IMG/VR virus record: IMGVR_UViG_3300031519_004559
DNA length: 64,000 nt
Direction: 5' to 3' (one strand)
From: a virus
The first letter of the stretch is position 1. Every line of letters begins with the position of its first letter. The notes beneath the pieces are model-generated. The model had not been told where the DNA came from, searched no databases, and saw nothing but the letters and a program-made list of their open reading frames with translations. A program made the position numbers and the translations under genes. Shown here piece by piece: positions 1-8,526 of this stretch.

Positions 1-1674
1 GATAACCAGCAGTTGTATCTGTTTAGTGGATCGGGTTGGGTATTAGTAGGACCTAACTTTAGTGATGGGCTTGTAACGGGAGCATTACCAATTACAGTTA
101 TTGGTACTGACGACTTAACTTACAACGTATTACAAATTGAAGTTGATGCTAAGCCAGTAGCACTTATTACAACTAAATCGTTTACGCCTAAAGTTGTAAT
201 TCCAGGATTTAGTACACTAAGCCCCGGTATCAATCTTTCTGCAAATAATATCGAAGGCGCCGGAGTACCTAAGTTTTACGGTACTGCTGAAAAAGCAGAA
301 GGATTAATTGTAAGTGGTAATACTATTGCTGCAGGAAACTTCCTTAGAGGCGATGTTACAAGTACAACGGCTTTTCCTATTAATGTTCAAAACAATACAG
401 GAATAAATTACGGTATTAATGCAGAAATGAATATCGGTGTTGAAGGCAACGCTGGTGTATTCCAACATAATATTGCTGGGTCCTCAATGGACTTTAAAGT
501 TAAGAACGATGGCATCTTAAAAAATGTTCTTCGATTAGATAGTAATTTAAAAGTTGGCGTTAATAATGTTGCACCTGACCAAGAATTAGACGTTACTGGT
601 AACATACAAGCTAGTGGGTTAATTAATACTACTTCAACTGTAAACAGTACAACGTTTAGTAACGGTAGTATTAGAACAGCAGGCGGATTAGGAGTTTCTC
701 AAGATGTTAATATTGGCGGAGCACTAACTGTCACAGGCGTAACAACAACTAGAAATGTTCTACCTAATGAAAATAATACTAAAAGTATTGGTAGTACAAG
801 TGCAAAATATGCAAATATATATGCAACTACTTTTGTGGGCAACTTAACAGGTAATGTAAGCGGCACAGTTTCTGGTAGAGCTGGAAGTGCAGACAGAATA
901 ACAAGTGCAACAACATTTAGATTTTCAGGAGATATCACAGCCGCAGATGTAGTATTTGACGGACAAACTGGTGGTACACTAAAAGTTTTTAATACTTCTA
1001 TTAGTAATGACATCGTTGCAGGAAAAACAAACGTATTAACATCACAAGCTGATGATGAATTTTTAATTAACAGAACTTCTGGTGATACTGGATTAAAGAA
1101 AATTAATAGAATTAATTTGTTTTCAGCTATCCAAGGACTTACTCCTGTAGGTACTGTTGTATCATTTGCAGGTGGATCAGCGCCAATAGGATGGTTAATT
1201 TGTGATGGTACAGAGTATTTAATAAGTCAATACGGGTCATTGTATGGTGTTGTTGGTACAACATATAAGGCGTCACCAACGTCGGGGTTTTTTGCATTAC
1301 CTGACTTGCGTGGAAGATTCTTACTTGGACCAGACAACATGGGAGGCACAAGTGCTAATGTTGTAACATCAGGATCTGCAGATGTTGTTGGTGCTAAAGA
1401 CGGTGCTGAAACTATTACAATTGCAACTGAAAACTTGCCAGAACATGAACATGATCTTAGAGGCGAAAGCGGTGACCAGTACTATGCTACAAGAGATGTT
1501 TCTGGAACACCAAACGATAACGATGCAATTATTTATGATTCACCAACTGGCACAGGAGCTGGCCAAGCCTATCCTGCAAGTGGTGGTGTTTTAACAGATA
1601 ATAGCTTAGGACAAGCAATAAGTGTTATGAATCCATATATGACAATGAATTTCATAATTTATACTGGAGGGTAA
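1..1674 (+). CDS. Tail fibre / baseplate protein with C-terminal phage tail-collar domain (5' partial)
   Basis: Frame is open from base 1. G/T/N/S-rich beta-repeat composition. Collar motif PVGTVVSFAG..PIGWLICDG..LPDLRGRF and C-terminal NPYMTMNFII. Confidence 0.85.
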   Translation, partial: DNQQLYLFSGSGWVLVGPNFSDGLVTGALPITVIGTDDLTYNVLQIEVDAKPVALITTKSFTPKVVIPGFSTLSPGINLSANNIEGAGVPKFYGTAEKAEGLIVSGNTIAAGNFLRGDVTSTTAFPINVQNNTGINYGINAEMNIGVEGNAGVFQHNIAGSSMDFKVKNDGILKNVLRLDSNLKVGVNNVAPDQELDVTGNIQASGLINTTSTVNSTTFSNGSIRTAGGLGVSQDVNIGGALTVTGVTTTRNVLPNENNTKSIGSTSAKYANIYATTFVGNLTGNVSGTVSGRAGSADRITSATTFRFSGDITAADVVFDGQTGGTLKVFNTSISNDIVAGKTNVLTSQADDEFLINRTSGDTGLKKINRINLFSAIQGLTPVGTVVSFAGGSAPIGWLICDGTEYLISQYGSLYGVVGTTYKASPTSGFFALPDLRGRFLLGPDNMGGTSANVVTSGSADVVGAKDGAETITIATENLPEHEHDLRGESGDQYYATRDVSGTPNDNDAIIYDSPTGTGAGQAYPASGGVLTDNSLGQAISVMNPYMTMNFIIYTGG

Positions 1675-1679
1675 AGTTA

Positions 1680-3611
1680 GTGAGTTATAGACTAAACAGA
1701 ACAGATGGTGCATTACTGGTAGACTTAACTGACGGTATACTCGATACAGCTACCACTGATTTAACATTAATAGGAAAGAATTACAAAGGCTTTGGAGAGT
1801 TTTTAAACGAAAACTTTATTGCATTATTAGAAAATTTTGCATCTACGTCACAACCAACTAATCCTATGGTAGGACAACTTTGGTATGATAAACAAGATAA
1901 TAGATTAAAAATTTATGACGGTGCTACTTTTAGATCTGCAACAGGCAGTGTTGTTAGTAGCACACGACCGTCAAACCTTACTACTGGCGACCTTTGGATA
2001 GACAATGAAAATAATAAATTGTATATTTGGGACGGTACTGATCTTACATTAGTAGGACCGGAATATAGTGCAGGCCAAGGAAAAAGCGGATTTGAAGTAT
2101 CAAGTCAATTAGACTCTACTGATGTTCAGCGTACTATTCTTAAACTTTTCTTAGGCGGCACATTGGTTGGAATCTACTCTCCAGAAACGTTTTACATATT
2201 GCCAGAATATGCAATAGCTGGTTATCCTCTAATTGTAGGCGATGCGCTGAACAGACAACTTCTTGAAAAAGGATTTAATGTTGTTAGTGCAGACTTTTTA
2301 TACAGAGGCACAGCTACAAGTGCAAAAGGCCTTATTGATGATGCAGGTGTTATAAGAAGTGCAAATAATTTTATTCCTACTGATGCTAACGGTGCCACAA
2401 CAGGTAGTTTAAAAATTAAAAACAGTGCCGGCCTAAGTGTAGGAGTTGGCGAAACTGAATATTCAATTTTAAAGGTTGCTGGCACTACAGTAACATTAGA
2501 AACGCAACAAAGTAATTCAGACTTTGCAATTAAAGTTAGGTCAGGCAGTAGCTTTTTACCTGCGATGTATGTAGATACTAGTGAAAGCCGTGTAGGTATA
2601 TGGAACTCTAATCCTTCATATAGTTTAGATGTAACTGGTACTGGTAGATTTTCAAGTAACCTAACAGTAGGTGGAAATTTACTTGTTGAAGGAACAACAA
2701 CGCATCTTAATACTTCAACTTTAAGAGTTGAAGATAAAAATATAGAATTAGGAATACTAGACGATAGTACAGAAGCTAACGACTCGCAAATCGACGGTGG
2801 TGGTATAATTGTTAGAAGTAGTGAAGGATCTAAAGACTGGACTTGGATAGCTGCAACAGGTAGCTGGACGTCGAATCAAGATATTAACATTATATCAGGA
2901 CCTGACAATCCTGTTCCGCAACTTAAAGTTGATGGAACTAATATTCTAAGCAGTACTGCACTAGGATCAACAGTAACTTCAGCACTAGGTTTAACACGAG
3001 TAGGTACATTAAGTGAACTAACAGTTGATAATATTAAATTAGATGCTGCTACAATTACAAGAATAAGTGGTACAGGATTAAGTATTGTTGCTGGTGGCGA
3101 CATAACAGTTGATAGTCAAAACATTACAGGTCTTGCAGAACCATCAGCCGCAACAGATGCAGCAACTAAAAATTACGTTGACGTACAGTTATATAGTAAA
3201 GATGTTATTATATCGCTTGACGTTACAGGTTTAACAAATCCTGCAGCAATTGGCGCAAGCGACGGTCCAAAAAATAGTATTGCTACACTATTACAAAATT
3301 TACAATCTGCAGCAACGTTTCAGACAGGAACTACAGCATATGTAATGGCAACGTCATATACGGGATCAACAGTTTCAGGAATCAATGTTAATATTACTAC
3401 AAGTCCTGATACATCTGGTGTATTAACAAAATCAAGTATTGCAGTGGATAAAAACAATGTAAGTAGTGCTGAAACAGTAATACAAGATATTAGTCAAAGT
3501 AATACTGCAAGTGGTGTCGTTGCACTAACGCCAATTAGGTATCTATACGAATATGTAGTGTCAGGCAGTGCTTGGACATTTGTAAGTAGATCACTACAGA
3601 CAGTAACATAA
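1680..3611 (+). CDS. Baseplate wedge / tail fibre protein
   Basis: N-terminal TDLTLIGKNYKGFGEFLNENFIALLENFA module shared with the next gene; GQLWYD/GDLWID repeats; ATDAATKNYVD fibre motif. Confidence 0.8.
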   Translation: MSYRLNRTDGALLVDLTDGILDTATTDLTLIGKNYKGFGEFLNENFIALLENFASTSQPTNPMVGQLWYDKQDNRLKIYDGATFRSATGSVVSSTRPSNLTTGDLWIDNENNKLYIWDGTDLTLVGPEYSAGQGKSGFEVSSQLDSTDVQRTILKLFLGGTLVGIYSPETFYILPEYAIAGYPLIVGDALNRQLLEKGFNVVSADFLYRGTATSAKGLIDDAGVIRSANNFIPTDANGATTGSLKIKNSAGLSVGVGETEYSILKVAGTTVTLETQQSNSDFAIKVRSGSSFLPAMYVDTSESRVGIWNSNPSYSLDVTGTGRFSSNLTVGGNLLVEGTTTHLNTSTLRVEDKNIELGILDDSTEANDSQIDGGGIIVRSSEGSKDWTWIAATGSWTSNQDINIISGPDNPVPQLKVDGTNILSSTALGSTVTSALGLTRVGTLSELTVDNIKLDAATITRISGTGLSIVAGGDITVDSQNITGLAEPSAATDAATKNYVDVQLYSKDVIISLDVTGLTNPAAIGASDGPKNSIATLLQNLQSAATFQTGTTAYVMATSYTGSTVSGINVNITTSPDTSGVLTKSSIAVDKNNVSSAETVIQDISQSNTASGVVALTPIRYLYEYVVSGSAWTFVSRSLQTVT

Positions 3612-3622
3612 TGATAAAAGCG

Positions 3623-3629
3623 ATAAATA
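3623..3629 (+). promoter_or_regulatory. T4-type late promoter-like motif ATAAATA
   Basis: Intergenic ATAAATA upstream of a structural gene; resembles the T4 late consensus TATAAATA. Confidence 0.55.
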
Positions 3630-3650
3630 AAGTTATAACAGGGGTAACAG

Positions 3651-5150
3651 ATGTCATATACAATTAACAAATATAACAATGTTCAGCTAACCGTTGTCGA
3701 AGACGGTACTATTGACCAAACTACAGATTTAAAATTGGTTGGTAAAAACTATGCTGGATACGGAGAAATACAAAACGAAAATTTTGTGTTTCTGTTAGAA
3801 AACTTTGCAGGAGCAAATCAACCACCAAAAGCGATCAGCGGTCAACTTTGGTTTGATACTAGTAACAGTAAACTTAAATTTTACGATGGTTCTAAATGGA
3901 GAACTACTGGAGGAGCAGAAGTTGGAGCAACCACCCCTGCTGGACTTGCTCAAGGCGATTTTTGGTGGGATACTGGAAATGAACAGTTGTATGCATACAA
4001 CGGAACGTCATTTGTATTAGTTGGCCCACAAGGCGTTGGCGACACTGTAACACAATTCCAAAGTGCAAATATTAGAGATAATGTTGGCACATCAAGACCT
4101 GTTATTAAATCTGTTATTAATGATGAAGTAATTCATATTATTAGTGCCCAACAATTTACAATTGGCACAGAAGATGCATCTGCTTATCCTGGATTTGATG
4201 TTATACGACAAGGTATAACACTTAAAAATACAATTAATTCAACAAACGGTGTTACATCAACAGGACATAGGTTCTGGGGAACATCATCAAATGCTTTAAA
4301 ACTTAATGGTATAGATGCAGCTGACTATGTTGTTTCGGTATCAGGACAATCTACTTCGTTTACAACACTTACTGAATTTTCAGACTTAGGTGTTGCAATC
4401 GGCGATGCAAATGATTTAGCAATTAAGATTGTAAATGATAACAAGGCATTACTAGCTAACGAGCAAGGTGATGCAATGTACTTTCAAGTTAATAATTCAA
4501 GTTCAGCACAAAAGATGCCATTGCGTCTAACAGCAAGTGCTATACTTCCAGGATTCAGTAATGTTACAACTTGGGCAGGCACAGAAACAGTTGACATTGG
4601 ATCTTCTGCAAATAAGTTTTCAACAATGTATGCAACGACCTTTAGTGGTACAGCAACAAACGCACAAGCATTAGAAGTTGGAGGAGTTTCACGAACTGCT
4701 TCTACTAGTGCAACAGCAAATACAGTAGCAGGCAGAGATGCATCAGGTAATTTAACAGCAAATATATTTAACGGTACATCAACAGCCGCACAGTTTGCGG
4801 ATTTAGCGGAAAAGTACACAACAGCAGAAGAACTTCCAGCAGGAACAGCAGTTGCAGTATGTGCGCTTCCAGACCACGAAGTAGCACCAGCAGATGCAAG
4901 CAATCATTGTATCGGTGTTGTTTCAACTGATCCAGCACTTATGATGAATAGTGCAGCAGAAGGACAGTACATTGGTCTTAAAGGACGCCTTCCAGTAAGA
5001 GTTAAAGGCCCTGTTAATAAAGGCCAGGCAATTTATGCTTGGAAAGATGGAGTTTGTTCAACAATCGCAACAACTGCACTAGTAGGGATTGCGCTTGAAA
5101 GCAGCGACGACGAATCAGAAAAATTAATCGAGACCGTACTTAAAGTATAA
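3651..5150 (+). CDS. Tail fibre protein with C-terminal intramolecular chaperone-like domain
   Basis: Same N-terminal GKNY..YGE..NENF..LLENFA module; C-terminal ADLAEKY..IGVVST.P..GLKGRLPVRV resembles auto-cleaved chaperone domains. Confidence 0.8.
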   Translation: MSYTINKYNNVQLTVVEDGTIDQTTDLKLVGKNYAGYGEIQNENFVFLLENFAGANQPPKAISGQLWFDTSNSKLKFYDGSKWRTTGGAEVGATTPAGLAQGDFWWDTGNEQLYAYNGTSFVLVGPQGVGDTVTQFQSANIRDNVGTSRPVIKSVINDEVIHIISAQQFTIGTEDASAYPGFDVIRQGITLKNTINSTNGVTSTGHRFWGTSSNALKLNGIDAADYVVSVSGQSTSFTTLTEFSDLGVAIGDANDLAIKIVNDNKALLANEQGDAMYFQVNNSSSAQKMPLRLTASAILPGFSNVTTWAGTETVDIGSSANKFSTMYATTFSGTATNAQALEVGGVSRTASTSATANTVAGRDASGNLTANIFNGTSTAAQFADLAEKYTTAEELPAGTAVAVCALPDHEVAPADASNHCIGVVSTDPALMMNSAAEGQYIGLKGRLPVRVKGPVNKGQAIYAWKDGVCSTIATTALVGIALESSDDESEKLIETVLKV

Positions 5151-5171
5151 GTATAAAAAAGGAAATGAAAA

Positions 5172-6116
5172 ATGGCAGTTAGCGTAACTGATACAATCAC
5201 AGCAGCACAGTATAACGGTGTGCAAAGTAGAATTAACACTATATTAGGTGCAGGTTCTGGTGCTAATGGGTATGGCCAGGCAATGGCTAGTGGTCAAGTG
5301 GTCGTCGGTAATACAATTACTGCCGCACAATTTGATGCTTTAAGAACAGATTTAAATAAAGCAAATAATCACCAAAGTGGTGCAAATGCAGGTGTGGGAA
5401 ATATTGCCGCAGGACAAGTTATCGGTGCAGACACTAGTGGTGCTGCAACGACCGAAGGGTTCAATGACTATGACACAGCAACTAGTACTATTGAAACAAA
5501 CAGATATAATATTGACGGCGGCAATGCTACAGTAGAAGCAGGAATTACAGCCGCAAGAACTACAACGTGGAATGGTACAATTTCGCACATATTTACTGTA
5601 GGCTTTACTGATGCAAATGCAAGACGTTATTTCTTTAATTCCGGCGGTGAAATTCGGTTTAGTGCAGCTTTGTCAGGTCAATCTGGAGCAAAATCAAACG
5701 ATTGGGCAACCATGTTATCTAACATGGGCACAATTACTATGAATTATACTTCAACATCAGCAAGTGGTACTGGAACCGACACTACAATAGGTAATGATGA
5801 CCTAACAGGAACATATCAAACTATCTTTACAAGAACAGGTAGTGGTGTTTATGCTGAGAACGACTACAATATTGCTGCAAGATACGAAGGCACTGGCGGC
5901 AAAACGCTAAGATTTAGAATACAGTTTAGAGATGATGACGCTGGCGATCAGCGGCCCGCCAACGCCGGCGGCAGTGATGGTGTAGGTACTGCTGGCCCAG
6001 CTGTTGACGAATCTGTAAACGGAAATCTTTCAAGTACTATACAGCAACTACGAGCTACTGGTACCAACGTACAAGTTGTAACACCTGCTTATACTAACGC
6101 AACTACATTAGCATAA
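5172..6116 (+). CDS. Virion structural protein (tail/baseplate associated)
   Basis: G/T/A/N-rich; ARRYFFNSGGEIRF motif; follows the fibre genes. Confidence 0.65.
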   Translation: MAVSVTDTITAAQYNGVQSRINTILGAGSGANGYGQAMASGQVVVGNTITAAQFDALRTDLNKANNHQSGANAGVGNIAAGQVIGADTSGAATTEGFNDYDTATSTIETNRYNIDGGNATVEAGITAARTTTWNGTISHIFTVGFTDANARRYFFNSGGEIRFSAALSGQSGAKSNDWATMLSNMGTITMNYTSTSASGTGTDTTIGNDDLTGTYQTIFTRTGSGVYAENDYNIAARYEGTGGKTLRFRIQFRDDDAGDQRPANAGGSDGVGTAGPAVDESVNGNLSSTIQQLRATGTNVQVVTPAYTNATTLA

Positions 6117-6123
6117 AAAACAC

Positions 6124-6152
6124 TTGACATTCTCCTTTAACTAGTGTATAAT
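6124..6152 (+). promoter_or_regulatory. Perfect sigma70 promoter TTGACA-17-TATAAT embedded in an RBS-occluding inverted repeat
   Basis: TTGACA 6124-6129, TATAAT 6147-6152; TTCTCCTTTAA (6130-6140) is complementary to TTAAAGGAGAA (6158-6168). Confidence 0.9.
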
Positions 6153-6172
6153 AACACTTAAAGGAGAACCTT

Positions 6173-6514
6173 ATGGACAGTCAGTTGTCAAGTGCATTAG
6201 AGTTTGCTAATTATACGCAAACTTTATACAATCAAAAAAAACTAGCCGAACAAACATTTTTAGATGCGTGTGTAATATATCGGAATGCCGGTAAGTTTAC
6301 AATTACAATACAACTAATTGTATTATGCCAAGGATATCGAAATCAGTCGAGCGTTATATTGTTAGACGACAATAATATTCCTATTAAATTAGACGATATA
6401 GGAGTTTTTGCACAAGAAATTCAAAAGAGCTACACAGCAGCAATTAGCACGTACTATGATGAGCATCAGCGTATTATATCTAACAAAGATGTTAAAGGCG
6501 TAATAGATGAATAA
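6173..6514 (+). CDS. Hypothetical protein
   Basis: 113-aa ORF with strong AAGGAG RBS; first gene of the glycosyltransferase block. Confidence 0.75.
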   Translation: MDSQLSSALEFANYTQTLYNQKKLAEQTFLDACVIYRNAGKFTITIQLIVLCQGYRNQSSVILLDDNNIPIKLDDIGVFAQEIQKSYTAAISTYYDEHQRIISNKDVKGVIDE

Positions 6515-7295
6515 AGGCATTTTACTGTTTGCTTTTAACAATGAAAAAATTGATTATGTAAAGCAAGCAAAATTTGTTGCTACCCGTGCAAAACAATACC
6601 TTAATCTTCCAACAACATTAGTAACTGATAGTCCTGTTGAAGACGAAGTATTTGATAACGTACGGATTGCAGTAGATAATCATCCAACAAATAATAAAAC
6701 ATATCGAGATAGAACCACTTCGACTGTGCTTAATTTTAAAAATAGAGCAAGAATGTATGCGTACGATCTTTCACCGTATGATAATACTATTCTTTTAGAT
6801 ACAGATATTGTTATTTGTAATGACCAATATAATAAAGTGTTTCAACAAACTGACGATTTGTTAATGTATAGCAATGCATACGATATTACAGGAAATAGAA
6901 ATAAGAACGAATTTACTTATGTAAGTGACATAGGTTGCAAATTTTACTGGGCAACGTGTGTGTATTTTGAAAAAACAAAAAGAACAAACATATTTTTTGA
7001 TTTGCTTAAACATATAAGCCAAAATTATTCATACTATAAAGTATTATATGAATTGCCTACAAAGGTATATCGCAACGATTATGCTTTTAGTATTGCTGTA
7101 CACATTATGAATAATTTTTCTACAAAGGCAATAGGAGAGTTTCCTGGAACCTTATATTATTCAACAGACAAAGACAGTATTATAAATTTTAATAATAATG
7201 ATATTTTGTTTTTATCTGAAAACAACAAGCCAATAAAAACAAAAGGCATGAATGTTCATTGTATGAATAAATTTAATTTGGAGAGCATTCTGTGA
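6507..7295 (+). CDS. Putative GT-A fold glycosyltransferase
   Basis: LSPYDNTILLDTD (DxD) motif; RNDYAFSIA; overlaps neighbours. Confidence 0.65.
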   Translation: MNKGILLFAFNNEKIDYVKQAKFVATRAKQYLNLPTTLVTDSPVEDEVFDNVRIAVDNHPTNNKTYRDRTTSTVLNFKNRARMYAYDLSPYDNTILLDTDIVICNDQYNKVFQQTDDLLMYSNAYDITGNRNKNEFTYVSDIGCKFYWATCVYFEKTKRTNIFFDLLKHISQNYSYYKVLYELPTKVYRNDYAFSIAVHIMNNFSTKAIGEFPGTLYYSTDKDSIINFNNNDILFLSENNKPIKTKGMNVHCMNKFNLESIL

Positions 7296-8044
7296 AAGGA
7301 TACCTTTTATACGCCCAAGGCGATACTCATATAAATTATGCAATTCAGTGTGCATATAGCTTGCGTGAGATAGGTGATACAAAACCTATAAGTCTTGTTA
7401 CAGATAAGCCGTGTAATGATACTGTATTTGATAAAATTATTATCGTAAAAGAAAACACAGATAAGTTCCATGTTGTAAACAGATCTAATTTATGGAAGCA
7501 TAGTCCGTATGACGAAACTACTGTAATTGAAAGTGACTGTCTAGTAACGCAAAGTTTGGATACATGGTGGCAAGCAAATGCTGATAGAGATTTATCGTTT
7601 ATTAGTCAAGCATACACTTATAGACAGGAACCGTTAGATATTAGATTTGACAGAAGGACTTGGATACAAAACGATCTTCCTAGTTTGTATGTTGCATTTC
7701 ATTATTTTAAAAAGACATCGTTTGTTAAAGAATTTTTTGAGTTAGTTACTACAATTAACTCGCATGAAGAAATTACAAAAACGTTTCTTCCTAAAAGAAG
7801 TCCTAAAGTTCCGAGTATGGATGTAGCAATATGTTTAGCAACAAAATTTTTAGATTGTTATTATAAAGTTGCATACACAGCTAGTGATCCTATGTTTATA
7901 CATATGAAACCAAACGCCCAAAAGTTTGTAACGCCATCTACTAATTGGTCCGACAAAGTAGGATTTTATAAAAACGGTAGCGAAGTCTTTATTGGTAATT
8001 TTAAACAAACCGGAATACTTCATTATATTGAGGAGGTTGTGTAA
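7292..8044 (+). CDS. Putative GT-A fold glycosyltransferase (paralog of previous gene)
   Basis: SPYDETTVIESD aligns with SPYDNTILLDTD of the previous gene (ExD variant). Confidence 0.6.
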   Translation: MKGYLLYAQGDTHINYAIQCAYSLREIGDTKPISLVTDKPCNDTVFDKIIIVKENTDKFHVVNRSNLWKHSPYDETTVIESDCLVTQSLDTWWQANADRDLSFISQAYTYRQEPLDIRFDRRTWIQNDLPSLYVAFHYFKKTSFVKEFFELVTTINSHEEITKTFLPKRSPKVPSMDVAICLATKFLDCYYKVAYTASDPMFIHMKPNAQKFVTPSTNWSDKVGFYKNGSEVFIGNFKQTGILHYIEEVV

Positions 8045-8526
8045 TGTATGTGTATTTTGAGAAAGAAACTAGAAATATACTGTCAATAACAAATGCCCTA
8101 AATGAGAATTTAGAAAACTTTGTAGTAAAGGACAAAGAAGAAGTTAAAGATTTTATTTCAGGCGCAAAGAACTTTGCACACTATGTTATAGATAAAGATT
8201 TTAACATAACAGAAATTAACACTAACACTACATCTTTTAACATAAATGAAGTATTGCATCATATTGTATCACAAGAAGATCCTGACCTAACAGTTATTCA
8301 TGATAGCAAATGGGCGTTCTCTATGCAAAAACCTGTTAGCGGAAATTTATTTTTTGCAGTTACAGAAAAACATAATCCGAACAAATTAATTAGAACAATA
8401 GCAATTCCAGCATCAAGTTTAGATTGCGAAATAGAGTTTAAATATGCAAGTGAACACAACATTAATAATATAAGCATTTGGATACTACATAAAACGTTTC
8501 CGGTATGTTCGTTGGAGGTAAAATGA
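8044..8526 (+). CDS. Hypothetical protein
   Basis: 160-aa ORF with GGAGG RBS, coupled to neighbours. Confidence 0.7.
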   Translation: MYVYFEKETRNILSITNALNENLENFVVKDKEEVKDFISGAKNFAHYVIDKDFNITEINTNTTSFNINEVLHHIVSQEDPDLTVIHDSKWAFSMQKPVSGNLFFAVTEKHNPNKLIRTIAIPASSLDCEIEFKYASEHNINNISIWILHKTFPVCSLEVK

